NCBI RefSeq assembly: GCF_004010195.1
Contig: NC_057720.1
Location: forward strand, 8,987,503 to 9,007,502
Source: Chiloscyllium plagiosum
Taxonomy: Eukaryota
Direction of reading: 5' to 3'
DNA length: 20,000 nucleotides
Shown here: one piece after another, positions 19,443 through 20,000 of the stretch
How positions within the stretch are numbered: position 1 is the stretch's first letter
How the letters are laid out: every line of letters starts with the position of its first letter
The notes under the pieces: model-generated
The model's input: the letters and a program-made list of their open reading frames with translations, nothing else
The model's database searches: none
Told to the model about the DNA's origin: nothing
Translations under genes and position numbers: made by a program

Positions 19443-20000
19443 AACAGCAGGGGGATGGGAACCAAAATTGTAGGACAGGTACAGAAGAGGATGAGAGTAG
19501 AGAGTTCCAAAATCAAGCATCTGACACTGGCAAGCGAAAACCTGGTTTGAAGTGTGTGTACTTCAACGTGAGGAGCATCGTAAATAAAGTGGGTGAACTG
19601 GCAGCATGGGTTGGTACCTGGGACTTCGATGTTGTGGCCATTACAGAGACATGGATAGAGCAAGGACAGGAATGGCTGTTCCAGGTTCCGGGATTCAGAT
19701 GTTTCAGTAAGAACAAAGAAGATGGTAAAAGAGGGGGGGGTGTGGCATTGTTGATCAGGGACAATGTTGCAGTTGTAGAAAGGATGTTTAGGGACTCGTT
19801 AACTGAGGTAGTATGGGCTGAGGTTAGAAACAGGAAAGGAGAAGTCACCATGTTGGGAGTTTTCTATAGGCCTCCGAATAGTCCCAGAGATGTAGAGGAA
19901 AGGATAGCAAAGATGATTCTCGATAGGAGTGAGAGAGGCAGGGTAGTTGTCATGGGGGACTTCAACTATCCAAATATTGACTGGGATCACTACAGTACGA
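19427..20000 (+). CDS. CR1 ORF2p N-terminus, APE-like endonuclease (partial; missing from the ORF track)
   Basis: Stop-free frame reading LKCVYFNVRSIVNK, DVVAITETW, RGGGVALLI, GVFYRPP and VVMGDFNYPNIDW. Confidence 0.92.

Larger units (their letters stand above)
18418..20000 (+). mobile_element. Young CR1 LINE, 5' portion running off the window
   Basis: CpG-rich 5'UTR, esterase ORF1 and open endonuclease ORF2. Confidence 0.9.

Overview
This is eukaryotic, repeat-saturated non-coding DNA, almost certainly from a shark. The HE1-type tRNA-SINEs, CR1/HER1-type LINEs and Deu-domain SINE tails fit a carpet/bamboo shark; this is inference from recalled repeat families, with no search run. No host protein-coding exon can be supported, and the recognisable ORF-track entries are retroelement-derived. 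The window is a nested mosaic of CR1 LINE fragments, one Rex1/Babar fragment, several SINEs and Penelope-like element (PLE) remnants, including a GIY-YIG endonuclease relic. It ends in the 5' part of a young CR1 (5'UTR, SGNH-esterase ORF1, APE-endonuclease ORF2). Four signals stand out. (1) Ten minimal type-I hammerhead-ribozyme motifs occur in three PLE terminal-repeat families with covarying stems; two have intact cores (11293-11332, 16682-16717). (2) A canonical U_UUA_AAC slippery heptamer at the CR1 ORF1/ORF2 junction leads into an ATG-less ORF2, suggesting -1 ribosomal frameshifting. (3) A triple-nested insertion carries a perfect 14-bp TSD and a ~180-bp fold-back. (4) A ~70-bp locally templated insertion sits inside a CR1 3'UTR. 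Repeat boundaries are approximate unless a TSD is cited.
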